Below are positions 1 to 10,348 of a DNA stretch of 64,000 nucleotides, piece by piece. Position 1 is the first letter of the stretch; every line of letters begins with the position of its first letter. Where the stretch lies: the NCBI GenBank assembly GCA_964291675.2, contig OZ219866.1, forward strand, positions 3,149,909-3,213,908, written 5' to 3'. The notes under the pieces are model-generated. The model worked only from the letters and a program-made list of their open reading frames with translations, searched no databases and was not told the DNA's origin. Position numbers and translations under genes: made by a program. The stretch comes from Alphaproteobacteria bacterium (GTDB lineage Bacteria; Pseudomonadota; Alphaproteobacteria; MPNO01).

Positions 1-38
1 CGGTGCGCTTCGTGCAACGCCTGGCCGGAGGCCATTGA
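1..38 (+). CDS. rplP: 50S ribosomal protein L16, C-terminal end (partial, enters from upstream)
   Basis: Frame 3 reads ..VRFVQRLAGGH then TGA at 36-38. It lies directly upstream of L29, as in the conserved L16-L29-S17 order. Confidence 0.5.
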   Translation, partial: VRFVQRLAGGH

Positions 39-40
39 CG

Positions 41-247
41 ATGAAGGCCGCGGAAGTCAGGCAGAAGACGCCCGACGAGCTCGCCGAAATGCTGCGCGGG
101 CTGCGCCGGGAAGCGCTCAATCTCCGCTTCCAGCGCGCCAGCGGGCAGCTCGAGGCGACCTCGCGGGTGCGCGAGGTCAGGCGCGACATCGCGCGCATCC
201 AGACCATCGTCAACGAGCGCCGCCGCGCGGCCGAAAGGGAGGGCTGA
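41..247 (+). CDS. rpmC: 50S ribosomal protein L29
   Basis: MKAAEVRQKTPDELAEMLRGLRREALNLRFQ.. is a typical L29. GGAGG at 26-30 favours ATG 41 over the TTG 35 of the ORF track. Confidence 0.93.
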   Translation: MKAAEVRQKTPDELAEMLRGLRREALNLRFQRASGQLEATSRVREVRRDIARIQTIVNERRRAAEREG

Positions 248-250
248 GCG

Positions 251-502
251 GTGCCGAGACGGGTCCTGCAGGGCGTCGTGATAAGCGACAAGATGGACAA
301 GACCGTGGTGGTCAGGGTTGAACGCCGCGTGCGCCACCCGATCTACAAGAAGATCATCCGCCGGTCCGGCAAGTTCTCCGCCCACGACGCCGAGAACAGG
401 TGCAAGGAAGGCGATGTCGTGCGTATCCGCGAGTGCCGCCCGCTGTCGAAGTCCAAGCGGTGGGAAGTAGTCGACGAGTCCGGCGGTTCCGCGGCGACGT
501 GA
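251..502 (+). CDS. rpsQ: 30S ribosomal protein S17
   Basis: 83 aa with ..[31 protein letters not shown].. The GTG start is 3 nt after the L29 stop. Confidence 0.93.
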   Translation: MPRRVLQGVVISDKMDKTVVVRVERRVRHPIYKKIIRRSGKFSAHDAENRCKEGDVVRIRECRPLSKSKRWEVVDESGGSAAT

Positions 503-509
503 GGGCGCA

Positions 510-878
510 ATGATTCAGGCCGAAAGCAATCTCGACGTAGCGGACAACTCGGGCGCCCGGCGGGTGCAGTGCATCCGCATCCTGGGCGGGTCGAGGCGCC
601 GCTGGGCGTCGGTCGGCGACGTGATCGTGGTCTCGGTCAAGGAGGCGATCCCGCGCGGACGGGTGAAGAAGGGCGATATCCACAAGGCGGTGGTGGTCCG
701 CACCGCCAAGGAAATCCGCCGGCCCGACGGCACCGCCATCCGGTTCGACCGCAACGCGGCGGTGCTGATCAACCCGGCCGGCGAGCCGATCGGGACCCGC
801 ATTTTCGGCCCGGTCACCCGCGAGCTGCGCGCCAAGCAGTACATGAAGATCATCTCGCTCGCGCCGGAGGTGCTGTGA
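510..878 (+). CDS. rplN: 50S ribosomal protein L14
   Basis: 122 aa. [27 protein letters not shown].. is a near-universal L14 N-terminus. Confidence 0.96.
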   Translation: MIQAESNLDVADNSGARRVQCIRILGGSRRRWASVGDVIVVSVKEAIPRGRVKKGDIHKAVVVRTAKEIRRPDGTAIRFDRNAAVLINPAGEPIGTRIFGPVTRELRAKQYMKIISLAPEVL

Positions 879-879
879 C

Positions 880-1221
880 ATGGGACGCCGGGCGAACAAG
901 GGCGGCGGCATCAAGCGGATCCGCAAGGGCGACAACGTCATCGTGCTGACCGGGCGCGACAAGGGAAAGCGGGGCAGCGTGCTCAAGTCGATGCCGAAGG
1001 AAGGGCGGCTGATCGTCCAGGGCGTCAACGTGGTCAAGCGCCACACCCGCCCCTCGCAGACCCAGGCCGGCGGCATCGTCCAGAAGGAGGCGCCGATCCA
1101 TGTCTCCAACGTGGCGCTGCTCGACCCGGCCTCCGACAGGCCCACGCGCGTCGGCTTCCGGCTGCTGGAGGACGGCCGCAAGGTCCGCTACGCCAAGGCG
1201 TCCGGCGAGTTGATCGACTAG
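880..1221 (+). CDS. rplX: 50S ribosomal protein L24
   Basis: 113 aa with KOW motif [19 protein letters not shown]. The ATG is 1 nt after the L14 stop. Confidence 0.93.
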   Translation: MGRRANKGGGIKRIRKGDNVIVLTGRDKGKRGSVLKSMPKEGRLIVQGVNVVKRHTRPSQTQAGGIVQKEAPIHVSNVALLDPASDRPTRVGFRLLEDGRKVRYAKASGELID

Positions 1222-1232
1222 GGACGGAAACC

Positions 1233-1775
1233 ATGTCTGCCCGCCTTCAGGAACACTATCGAGAGGTCGTCCGGCCGGCGCTGCTGGAGGAGTTCGGCTA
1301 CGCCAACCCCATGCAGGTGCCGAGGCTGGACAAGGTCGTTCTCAACATGGGGGTCGGCGAGGCGGTCGGCGATTCGAAGAAGATCGACGCGGCGGCCCGC
1401 GAGATGGCCCTCATCGCCGGCCAGAAGCCGATCGTCATCCGCGCCCGCAGATCCGTCGCCCAGTTCAAGCTGCGCGAGGGCATGCCCGTGGGCGTCAAGG
1501 TCACGCTGAGGCGGACGATGATGTACGAGTTTCTCGACCGGCTGATCACCATCGCGCTGCCCAGGGTGCGCGACTTCCGCGGCCTGTCGCCGGCGAGCTT
1601 CGACGGCAGCGGCAACTATGCGCTGGGGCTGCAGGAACAGATCGTCTTCCCCGAGATCGACTACGACTCGGTGGACCAGATGCGCGGCATGGATGTCGTC
1701 GTCGTCACCACCGCGAAGACCGACGACGAGGCGAGATCGCTGCTCAGGGGATTCCAATTTCCCTTCGTGAACTGA
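1233..1775 (+). CDS. rplE: 50S ribosomal protein L5
   Basis: 180 aa with ..[15 protein letters not shown].. The position between L24 and S14 fits. Confidence 0.95.
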   Translation: MSARLQEHYREVVRPALLEEFGYANPMQVPRLDKVVLNMGVGEAVGDSKKIDAAAREMALIAGQKPIVIRARRSVAQFKLREGMPVGVKVTLRRTMMYEFLDRLITIALPRVRDFRGLSPASFDGSGNYALGLQEQIVFPEIDYDSVDQMRGMDVVVVTTAKTDDEARSLLRGFQFPFVN

Positions 1776-1797
1776 TGCAAGGACCGGGAACGATCGG

Positions 1798-2103
1798 ATG
1801 GCGAAAAAGAGCGCCGTAGAGAGAAACAGGAAGCGCCAACGGCTGGCCGCCCGCGACAGCGCCAAGCGCGCGGCGTTGAAGGAGATCGCGAACGACCGCG
1901 ACCTGCCGATGGAGGAGCGGTTCAGCGCCCGTCTCAGGCTCGCCAAGATGCCGCGCAACGGTGCAGCGGTGCGCGTGCGCAACCGCTGCGAGCTCAGCGG
2001 ACGGCCGCGCGGCTATTACCGCAAGTTCCGCATCTCGCGGATCGCGCTGCGCGAACTCGCGGCCTTCGGGTTGATCCCCGGCATGGTGAAGTCGAGCTGG
2101 TAA
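1798..2103 (+). CDS. rpsN: 30S ribosomal protein S14 (long form)
   Basis: 101 aa ending ..[29 protein letters not shown]. Confidence 0.95.
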   Translation: MAKKSAVERNRKRQRLAARDSAKRAALKEIANDRDLPMEERFSARLRLAKMPRNGAAVRVRNRCELSGRPRGYYRKFRISRIALRELAAFGLIPGMVKSSW

Positions 2104-2115
2104 GGAGTCGCGACG

Positions 2116-2514
2116 ATGACGATGAGCGACCCTCTCGGCGATATGCTGACGCGCATCCGCAACGGCCAGCGGGCGCACAAGTCGGCGATCGACGCGCCCT
2201 CTTCCCGGCTGCGCGCCAACGTGCTCGACGTGCTCCAGCGCGAGGGCTATATCCGGGGCTACAGCGAGAGCGAGCTGCGCAAGGGCATTGCCGAGCTCCG
2301 CATCGAGCTCAAATACCACGACGGAGAGCCGGTGATCCGCGAGATCCATCGGATCTCCAAGCCCGGGCGGCGGGTCTATTCCAAGATCAGGGATCTCGCG
2401 CCGGTCTATAACGGGCTCGGCATCTCGATCCTGTCCACCCCGCAGGGGGTGATGTCTGACAGCGAGGCGCGCGCCGCCAATGTCGGCGGCGAAGTCCTCT
2501 GCATGGTGTTCTAG
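2116..2514 (+). CDS. rpsH: 30S ribosomal protein S8
   Basis: 132 aa. The [18 protein letters not shown].. motif is present. Confidence 0.95.
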   Translation: MTMSDPLGDMLTRIRNGQRAHKSAIDAPSSRLRANVLDVLQREGYIRGYSESELRKGIAELRIELKYHDGEPVIREIHRISKPGRRVYSKIRDLAPVYNGLGISILSTPQGVMSDSEARAANVGGEVLCMVF

Positions 2515-2522
2515 GAGGCGTC

Positions 2523-3056
2523 ATGTCGCGCGTGGGACAAATGCCGGTCACGCTGCCCGAGGGCGTCGAGGTGGCGATCGCCGGGCGCGAGGTCAGCGCC
2601 AGGGGCAAGCTCGGCGCGCTGTCGATGACGCTGTCGGACCAGGTCGAGCTGACACGGGAAGACGACAGGCTGACGGTGGCGCCGCGCGGCGAGACCAAGC
2701 GCGCCCGTTCGATGTGGGGAACCACGCGGAGCCTGTTGCAGAACATCGTCACCGGGGTCAGCGAAGGCTTCCGGGTCGAGCTCGCGATCAACGGCGTCGG
2801 CTACCGCGCCGCCGTGGACGGCGAGGAGCTGGTCCTCCAGCTCGGCTACAGCCACGAGATCAGGCACCCGATCCCCGAGGGGATCGCGATCGCCTGCGAG
2901 CGGCCGACCCATATCGCGGTCTCCGGCATCGACCGCCAGCAGGTCGGCCAGGTGGCGGCCGAGATCCGCGCCTATCGCAAGCCGGAGCCGTACAAGGGCA
3001 AGGGCATTCGCTATGCGGACGAGATCGTCGTCCGCAAGGAAGGCAAGAAGAAGTAG
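2523..3056 (+). CDS. rplF: 50S ribosomal protein L6
   Basis: 177 aa beginning MSRVGQMPVTLPEGVEV.. and ending ..KGKGIRYADE.. as in L6. Confidence 0.95.
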   Translation: MSRVGQMPVTLPEGVEVAIAGREVSARGKLGALSMTLSDQVELTREDDRLTVAPRGETKRARSMWGTTRSLLQNIVTGVSEGFRVELAINGVGYRAAVDGEELVLQLGYSHEIRHPIPEGIAIACERPTHIAVSGIDRQQVGQVAAEIRAYRKPEPYKGKGIRYADEIVVRKEGKKK

Positions 3057-3422
3057 GTGATGGCAAACCCGTCCGAACTCGCCGTCAGGCGCCGCGCCAG
3101 GGTGCGCCGCCGGCTCAGGCGCCGCAACACCGACCGGCCGAGGCTGTCGGTGTTCCGGTCGAACAAGAACATTTCCGCCCAGGTGATCGACGATCGCGCC
3201 GGGCGCACGCTGGCGTCCGCCTCCAGCCTGGAAAAGGAGCTGCGCTCGGGCCTCAAGTCGGGCGCCGACAAGGAGGCGGCGGCGCGGGTCGGCAAGCTGG
3301 TCGCCGAGCGCGCGCTGGCCAGCGGGGTCACGGAAGTTGTCTTCGACCGCGGCTCCTACCTGTATCATGGCCGGGTCAAGGCCCTGGCCGAAGCGGCCCG
3401 CGAGAGCGGTCTCGCGTTCTGA
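3057..3422 (+). CDS. rplR: 50S ribosomal protein L18
   Basis: 121 aa with an Arg-rich N-terminus and C-terminus ..[27 protein letters not shown]. The real start may be ATG 3060. Confidence 0.94.
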   Translation: MMANPSELAVRRRARVRRRLRRRNTDRPRLSVFRSNKNISAQVIDDRAGRTLASASSLEKELRSGLKSGADKEAAARVGKLVAERALASGVTEVVFDRGSYLYHGRVKALAEAARESGLAF

Positions 3423-3432
3423 GGATTTGCAG

Positions 3433-4023
3433 ATGGCAAGAGGTCCACGATCCGAGCGCGGCGGCCGCCGGTCCGACGATTCCGAGCAGAGCGAGCTCGT
3501 CGACAAGCTGGTCAGCATCAACCGCGTCGCCAAGGTGGTGAAGGGCGGGCGGCGGTTCGGCTTCGCCGCGCTGGTGGTGGTCGGCGACGCCAAGGGGCGC
3601 GTCGGCTACGGCAGCGGCAAGGCGCGCGAGGTGCCCGAAGCGATCCGCAAGGCGACCGAGCAGGCCAAGCGCAAGCTGATCCGCGTGCCGCTGCGCGAGG
3701 GGCGCACGCTGCACCACGACATCGTCGGGCATTTCGGCGCCGGGCGGGTGGTGCTGCGCGCCGCGCCGCCGGGCACGGGGATCATCGCCGGCGGGCCGAT
3801 GCGCGCGGTGTTCGAGACCCTCGGCGTGCATGACGTGGTCGCCAAGTCGATCGGCACCGCCAACCCTTACAACATGGTCAAGGCGACCTTCGACGGGCTG
3901 TCGCGGCTGAACTCGCCGCGCGCGGTGGCAGCCAGGCGCGGCAAGAAGATCGGCGACATCATCGGCCGCCGCGCGGGCGAGGACGGGCGCGGCCAGGCGG
4001 CGGGAGCGGAGGCCAATGGCTAA
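3433..4023 (+). CDS. rpsE: 30S ribosomal protein S5
   Basis: ATG 3433 gives 196 aa with ..[27 protein letters not shown].. The ORF-track start at 3337 would overlap L18. Confidence 0.93.
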   Translation: MARGPRSERGGRRSDDSEQSELVDKLVSINRVAKVVKGGRRFGFAALVVVGDAKGRVGYGSGKAREVPEAIRKATEQAKRKLIRVPLREGRTLHHDIVGHFGAGRVVLRAAPPGTGIIAGGPMRAVFETLGVHDVVAKSIGTANPYNMVKATFDGLSRLNSPRAVAARRGKKIGDIIGRRAGEDGRGQAAGAEANG

Positions 4024-4207
4024 GCCCAAGACCGTCACCGTGACCCAGATCAAGAGCCCGATCGGCCGACCCAAGGACCAGCGCGCCACGCTGATCGGGC
4101 TTGGGCTCAACAAGCTGCATCGCAGCCGGGAGCTGGAGGATACGCCCGCGATACGCGGCATGATCCGCAAGGTCTCGCACCTGGTCTCCGTGCAGGAAGC
4201 GGACTAG
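4016..4207 (+). CDS. rpmD: 50S ribosomal protein L30
   Basis: 63 aa with ..[25 protein letters not shown].. It overlaps the S5 end by 8 nt. Confidence 0.93.
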   Translation: MAKPKTVTVTQIKSPIGRPKDQRATLIGLGLNKLHRSRELEDTPAIRGMIRKVSHLVSVQEAD

Positions 4208-4228
4208 GGCAAGGCCGGGAGCGATTCG

Positions 4229-4741
4229 ATGAGGCTGAACGAACTCCGCGACAATGCCGGCGCCAGACGGCCGCGCAAGCGCATCGGCCGCGGCGTCGGC
4301 TCGGGCAAGGGCAAGACCTCCGGCAGGGGCCAGAAGGGCCAGAAGTCGCGCAGCGGCGTCTCCCTGCTGGGCTTCGAGGGCGGCCAGATGCCGCTCTACC
4401 GGCGCCTGCCCAAGCGCGGCTTCCACAACCCGTTCCGCAAGCGTTACCGGGTGGTCAATCTCGGCCGGTTGCAGGCGGCGATCGACGCCGGCCGGCTCGA
4501 CCCCGGACAGCCGATCGACGAAGCGGCGCTGCTCGCCGCGGGTCTGGTAAAATCGCGCCGCGACGGCATCCGCGTCCTGGCCAAGGGCGAGATCACGGCG
4601 AGCGTGACCCTCGCGGTTTCGGGAGCGTCGAAGGCGGCGGTCGCGGCGGTGGAGAAGGCCGGGGGCAGCGTCTCGGTCGGCGCCGCTTCGCCCGCCGGGG
4701 CCGGGGCATCGGACGGGGACGGCGCAGGGTCGGGAGACTAG
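4229..4741 (+). CDS. rplO: 50S ribosomal protein L15
   Basis: 170 aa beginning [38 protein letters not shown].. It has a Gly/Asp-rich C-terminal tail. Confidence 0.94.
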   Translation: MRLNELRDNAGARRPRKRIGRGVGSGKGKTSGRGQKGQKSRSGVSLLGFEGGQMPLYRRLPKRGFHNPFRKRYRVVNLGRLQAAIDAGRLDPGQPIDEAALLAAGLVKSRRDGIRVLAKGEITASVTLAVSGASKAAVAAVEKAGGSVSVGAASPAGAGASDGDGAGSGD

Positions 4742-4744
4742 CCC

Positions 4745-6084
<1,340 letters not shown>

Positions 6085-6088
<4 letters not shown>

Positions 6089-6741
6089 ACCTGATCATGC
6101 TGGGGCCCCCGGGCTCCGGCAAGGGCACCCAGGCGATTCGCCTCCAGGAATCGAGCGGGCTGGTCCAGCTGTCCACCGGCGAGATGCTGCGCGCGGCGGT
6201 GGCCTCGGGCAGCGAGACCGGCAAGCTCGTCGGCGCGATCATGGAGGCCGGCAGGCTGGTCCCCGACGACTTGATGGTGTCGATGATCGACCGGCGGATC
6301 GACGAGCCCGATTGCGCCGGCGGGTTCATCCTGGACGGCTTTCCGCGCACCGTCGCCCAGGCCGAGGCGCTCGACGGGATGCTCGCCCGCAAGGCCAGGC
6401 GGCTCGACGCGGTGATCGAGATCGCGGTCCCCGACGGCGCCCTGGTCGAGCGCATCGCCGGGCGGTTCTCCTGCGCCGATTGCGGGGCCGGCTATCACCG
6501 GCGCTTCCGGCCGACCGCCGTCGAGGGGGTGTGCGACCGCTGCGGCGGCACCCGGTTCACGCACCGCCCCGACGACAACGAGGCGACGGTGAAGACGCGT
6601 CTTGCCGCCTACCACGCCCAGACCGAGCCGCTGCTGCCCTACTACCGGACCCGCGGCGTTCTCAGGAGCGTCGACGGCATGGCGGGCATCGACGCGGTGA
6701 CCGCCGAGATCCGGGCCGCCCTCGGCGCGTCGGCCGCCTGA
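6085..6741 (+). CDS. adk: adenylate kinase (Cys4 lid type)
   Basis: ATG 6085 overlaps the secY stop (ATGA). It has the P-loop [17 protein letters not shown] and the lid CADC..(x16)..CDRC. Confidence 0.93.
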
Positions 6742-6770
6742 TTGACCCTTGTCCGGGCCGGGGCTAGGCT
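6742..6770 (+). promoter_or_regulatory. sigma70-type promoter: TTGACC - 17 nt - TAGGCT
   Basis: TTGACC lies at 6742-6747 and TAGGCT at 6765-6770, starting 1 nt after the adk stop and about 75 nt upstream of ATG 6845. The same -10 hexamer recurs at 32774, 63091 and 63945. Confidence 0.5.
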
Positions 6771-6844
6771 CCGCGCAATTCCCCCGGCCGCCCGACCCGA
6801 TGCCCCGATTTGTCGAGCGGCGGCGCTACAGGAGGAGTCCCGAC

Positions 6845-7975
6845 ATGGCGCAGAAGAAGGCCGTCTTCATCGACCGCAGCGGGTACACGACGCCCGAGCT
6901 CGATCTCTGGGAGCCGGTGGTGATCACCAGGGAGGAGATCGACGGCGAGGTCGAGCGGCTGGCCAGCCTGGCGCGGCCGGCCAACGGCCGGCGCCACTCG
7001 ATCGTCGCCCATCCCGACTGGCAGGCGCTCGGCGTCGGTCCCGGCCTGCAGCCCGGGGTGCGCGTCACGCTGGAGGTGCTGAAGCCCGGCGAGCAGTCGG
7101 CGCCGATCCGCCACAACTCGACCCAGGTGAATTTCTGCATCGGCGGCGGCGGGTACTCGATCGTCGACGGCAAGCGCATCCCGTTTGCGCTCTACGACGT
7201 GTGGAACTTCCCGTCGATGGCGACCTACTGGCACGTCAACGATTCCGACGACGTGCAAGTTCGGCTCTCCTACTCCAACGCGCCGCTCTTGGAGAAGATG
7301 AACGTCCACATCGTCGACGAGGAGCCGCCGCCGCCGATCGAGGCGGTCGGCGGCGGCGCGCAAGCCGAGGCCGAGGCGCCGCCCGATGCGCGCGACGTCA
7401 ACCCCTACGGCACCTTCCAGCTCACCGGGGACGGCGCCTGGCTGATGCCCTACGAGACGCTGATCAACCCCGAGGCGCTCGATTCGCCCGCGCTGCACTG
7501 GCCGTGGCAGGACGTGAAGCGCGAGCTCGACAAGCTCCAGGCCCTCGGCAAGGAGTATCGCGGCCGGCGGCTCTACCTGCTGTTCAACCCGATGACCGGG
7601 CGGTTCAACGGCACCACGCCGAGCTTCTTCGCCACCATGACGGTGCGCCCGCCGAAGATCGTCGACCGGCCGCACCGCCATGTCTCGGCGGCGATCAACT
7701 ACTATTTCTCGGGCAGCGGCCGGTCCACCGTCGAGGGCAAGGTCTATGAGTGGAAGGCGGGCGATCTGATGCTGTCGGCGCCGGGCTGGGCGGTGCACAA
7801 CCACGCCTCCTACGACGAGGCGGTCTACGAGCTGACCGTCCAGGACCAGCCGCTCAACATCGTCATGGAATCGCTCCTCTGGCAGGAGGACCTCAAGCAT
7901 CCGTGGTCGGTGCTCGGCGCCAATGTCGGCTTCGAGACCAACAAGGAGCAGGTCAGGGCGGCGCTCGGCGAATAG
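6845..7975 (+). CDS. bicupin protein, gentisate 1,2-dioxygenase-like family
   Basis: 376 aa from ATG 6845, with caggagg upstream. There are two cupin barrels. The C-terminal barrel carries PHRHVSAAINYYFSG...WAVHNH metal-ligand-like residues, while the N-terminal one has only RHNS. Assignment is at family level only. Confidence 0.6.
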   Translation: MAQKKAVFIDRSGYTTPELDLWEPVVITREEIDGEVERLASLARPANGRRHSIVAHPDWQALGVGPGLQPGVRVTLEVLKPGEQSAPIRHNSTQVNFCIGGGGYSIVDGKRIPFALYDVWNFPSMATYWHVNDSDDVQVRLSYSNAPLLEKMNVHIVDEEPPPPIEAVGGGAQAEAEAPPDARDVNPYGTFQLTGDGAWLMPYETLINPEALDSPALHWPWQDVKRELDKLQALGKEYRGRRLYLLFNPMTGRFNGTTPSFFATMTVRPPKIVDRPHRHVSAAINYYFSGSGRSTVEGKVYEWKAGDLMLSAPGWAVHNHASYDEAVYELTVQDQPLNIVMESLLWQEDLKHPWSVLGANVGFETNKEQVRAALGE

Positions 7976-7979
7976 CGCC

Positions 7980-8879
7980 ATGATGGACCTGCCGGAGGAC
8001 TTCCTGCGCGGCTCGATACCGCCGCTGATCACCCCGTTCCGCGACGGCGCCGTCGACTACGCGGCCTATGCCGGGATGGTCGAGTTCCAGATCCGCGAGG
8101 GCTCGCACGGCATCCTGGTCAACGGCACCACGTCGGAGCCCGCGACGCTCACGGTCGCCGAACGCAACCGGGCCGTCGACGTGGCGGTCGAGGCGGCCGC
8201 GGGAAGGGTGCCGGTCGTCGCCGCCACCGGGTCGCAATCCTTCGCCGATGCCGAGGCGCTGACCCTGCATGCCGACAAGGCGGGGGCCGACGCGCTGCTG
8301 ATCGTCACCCCCTATTTCATCCGCCCGCCGCAGCGCGGGCTCGCCGCCTACTACCTGGAGCTCGCCACGCGCACCGAACTGCCCTGGATGATCTACCACA
8401 TCCCCGGCCGGGCGGCGGTGAGCGTGACCCTGGAGACGCTGTGCGAGATCGCCGACAAGGCGCCCAACTTCGTCGGCATGAAGCACGCCGTCGACGATCT
8501 CGGCTTCGTCAGCCGCTGCCTCGCCCGGCTCGGCATGGATTTCCGCATCTTCGTCGGGCTGGAGGACCTCAGCTACCCGATGATGGCGGTCGGCGCCTGC
8601 GGGCTGATGAACGCGGTCGGCAATCTGCGCCCGGCGCGGCTGGCGGCGATGTGCGAGGCGGTCTGGGAGGGCGACCTCAAAAAGGCGCGGGACATCCACT
8701 ACGCGCTGTTCGAGATCAACCAGGCGGTGTTCTACGACACCAACCCGATCCCCATCAAATACATGATGAAGCGGGTCGGGCTGATCCCGGAGAACGCGCA
8801 CCGCCTGCCGATGGTCCCGGCGCTGCCCGAGCTCGAACGACGCCTCGACGGCGTGCTGGAGCGGGCGGGGATGGTGTAG
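7980..8879 (+). CDS. DapA/N-acetylneuraminate-lyase family class I aldolase (dihydrodipicolinate synthase family protein)
   Basis: 299 aa with ..PPLITPF..GILVNGTTSE..ATGS..YHIPGR..FVGMKHA.. (Schiff-base Lys context). ATG 7980 is 5 nt after the bicupin stop. Confidence 0.8.
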   Translation: MMDLPEDFLRGSIPPLITPFRDGAVDYAAYAGMVEFQIREGSHGILVNGTTSEPATLTVAERNRAVDVAVEAAAGRVPVVAATGSQSFADAEALTLHADKAGADALLIVTPYFIRPPQRGLAAYYLELATRTELPWMIYHIPGRAAVSVTLETLCEIADKAPNFVGMKHAVDDLGFVSRCLARLGMDFRIFVGLEDLSYPMMAVGACGLMNAVGNLRPARLAAMCEAVWEGDLKKARDIHYALFEINQAVFYDTNPIPIKYMMKRVGLIPENAHRLPMVPALPELERRLDGVLERAGMV

Positions 8880-8895
8880 CGCTCGCGCTCATCGC

Positions 8896-8947
8896 CGGCC
8901 CTGCGGCTCCATGGCGGCGGCGGATTTCGCCAGACGGACGAGGCCGA
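8896..8947. repeat. direct repeat, left copy (52 bp, 50/52 identical to 10356-10407)
   Basis: The core CGGCCCTGCGGCTCCATGGCGGCGGCGGATTTCGC is exact in both copies. On the minus strand this copy also reads GLVRLAKSAAAMEPQGRR, followed by TGA at 8889-8891. Confidence 0.9.
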
Positions 8948-9122
8948 GCCGCTCCCCGCCCCGAATGCGCCACAGCCTCGTCGCACCTCGCCCCCCGCGC
9001 CCCTCGACCCGCACCGTCTGCCTGACACGGGTTGACGGTTGCCCGCTCCAATTCAAGCCACCCAACCGAAACCTGTCTGTTCGCGAACCGATTTCAACCC
9101 TACGGATACCTCCGGAGCAGGG

Positions 9123-10145
9123 TCAATCCATGGGTCGTTCTACCCTACATTCGATGCCCGATCTCCCGTTGCGTGCCGTCCTGCGATGTCCCAGCAGCAC
9201 GGCCACGACCAGCAACGGCAGGTTGAAGACCGCCAGGTACACGGCGATGTCGGACGGCAACATCTGTCCGCCGTAGTACAGCGATTCGACAACCATGCCA
9301 GTCGTACCGACAAACCGAGGAGGAGCTATGGGCAGGAACAGCTCCATCGCCAGCATCACCAGCGCCGCCGTGCTCAACGCGGACACGACACCGACCGTCC
9401 ACGCGGCGCGTCGATACCCCAGGCGCCAGAGGAGCCGGCAAGGCAGTGCAATCATCAGACCAGCAGGCGAAAACACGAAGAGCGTCACCGCGAACATCGG
9501 CAGCAACCTGACCCACAATTGAACCTCGCCCATCGGCACGACGCCCAGCGGGGCCAGGAGCAACCGGAGCGCTTCTTGGGGAAGCGTGGCGCGCAGGGCC
9601 GGAAGAAGCTGGATCAGCATGCCCCCGCTTGCCTCTGCCGGAAGCCACAGCAATGCAAGGAGCCAGAAGCCGACACTCAAAGACCTCCGGCGAGGCGCTT
9701 CCGCATGGGTCGCTTCGGGACGCGGAAGCATCGCGATCGCGATCCAGACCAGCCCACCGACGATTGCCGGGTAGACGACAATCCAGACCGGCAATGTCAT
9801 CGCGAGGATACTCGGCGCAAACGCCAATGCGCCGATGATCCACTGCAGCGAGCGGATCAACTCGCCGTCCGAGGAAATGATCGCCGCCGTGGCGGCAAAC
9901 AGCACAATACCGGCCGACCAGGCCATGCGACGATATCCCAATCGCCAGAGCCACCTGCACAGCAGTGCGCTCGGCAACCCCATCGGGGCGAGGATCGGGA
10001 TCGCAAGGAGCAACCAAATCAGGGTCTGCGCAGGACCGACAGGGGGAACCACGGCGTCCATCCGGGGGACGAAGGAGACCAGGCGGTCTCCCACTTCGAT
10101 GGCCGGCACCCACATCAGCGCCAGCGCCCAGAAGCTGGCCGTCAT
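9123..10145 (-). CDS. hypothetical polytopic membrane protein with internal tandem duplication
   Basis: The ORF 9123-10280 has an internal ATG at 10145 (MTASFWALALMWVP..) that gives 340 aa. Two homologous halves share FW(A/L)LAL(M/L)W(V/L)PA.. and LPxxLLxRxLWRLGYRR(M/A)AW(S/T).G(I/V)V. I recognise no family. Confidence 0.6.
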   Translation of the reverse strand: MTASFWALALMWVPAIEVGDRLVSFVPRMDAVVPPVGPAQTLIWLLLAIPILAPMGLPSALLCRWLWRLGYRRMAWSAGIVLFAATAAIISSDGELIRSLQWIIGALAFAPSILAMTLPVWIVVYPAIVGGLVWIAIAMLPRPEATHAEAPRRRSLSVGFWLLALLWLPAEASGGMLIQLLPALRATLPQEALRLLLAPLGVVPMGEVQLWVRLLPMFAVTLFVFSPAGLMIALPCRLLWRLGYRRAAWTVGVVSALSTAALVMLAMELFLPIAPPRFVGTTGMVVESLYYGGQMLPSDIAVYLAVFNLPLLVVAVLLGHRRTARNGRSGIECRVERPMD

Positions 10146-10348
10146 GCCGGAAACCCGGCGGTCGGTATGTTGCAGGAATCGGAACCGCACGTGTGCTTCG
10201 AGCCTCAATGTCGATGCCGGCAATCCGGGTGGCAAAGTCTTCTCCCGCTGTTGCGTAGCTGCAACAACCGAAGCCCGCAACCGTTGCGGCAGGAGCGGAT
10301 GACCCCATGGTGGATGGCAGGAGGAACGGTCGCTGGGTGGGAAGGCGG

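Noticed and set aside
3433-4741. Unusual low-complexity tails on ribosomal proteins S5 (Arg/Gly-rich ends) and L15 (Gly/Asp/Ser-rich C-terminus).
   Set aside because: Such lineage-specific extensions are common in high-GC bacteria. The reading frames are continuous with the conserved cores, and nothing suggests frameshifts or fusions.
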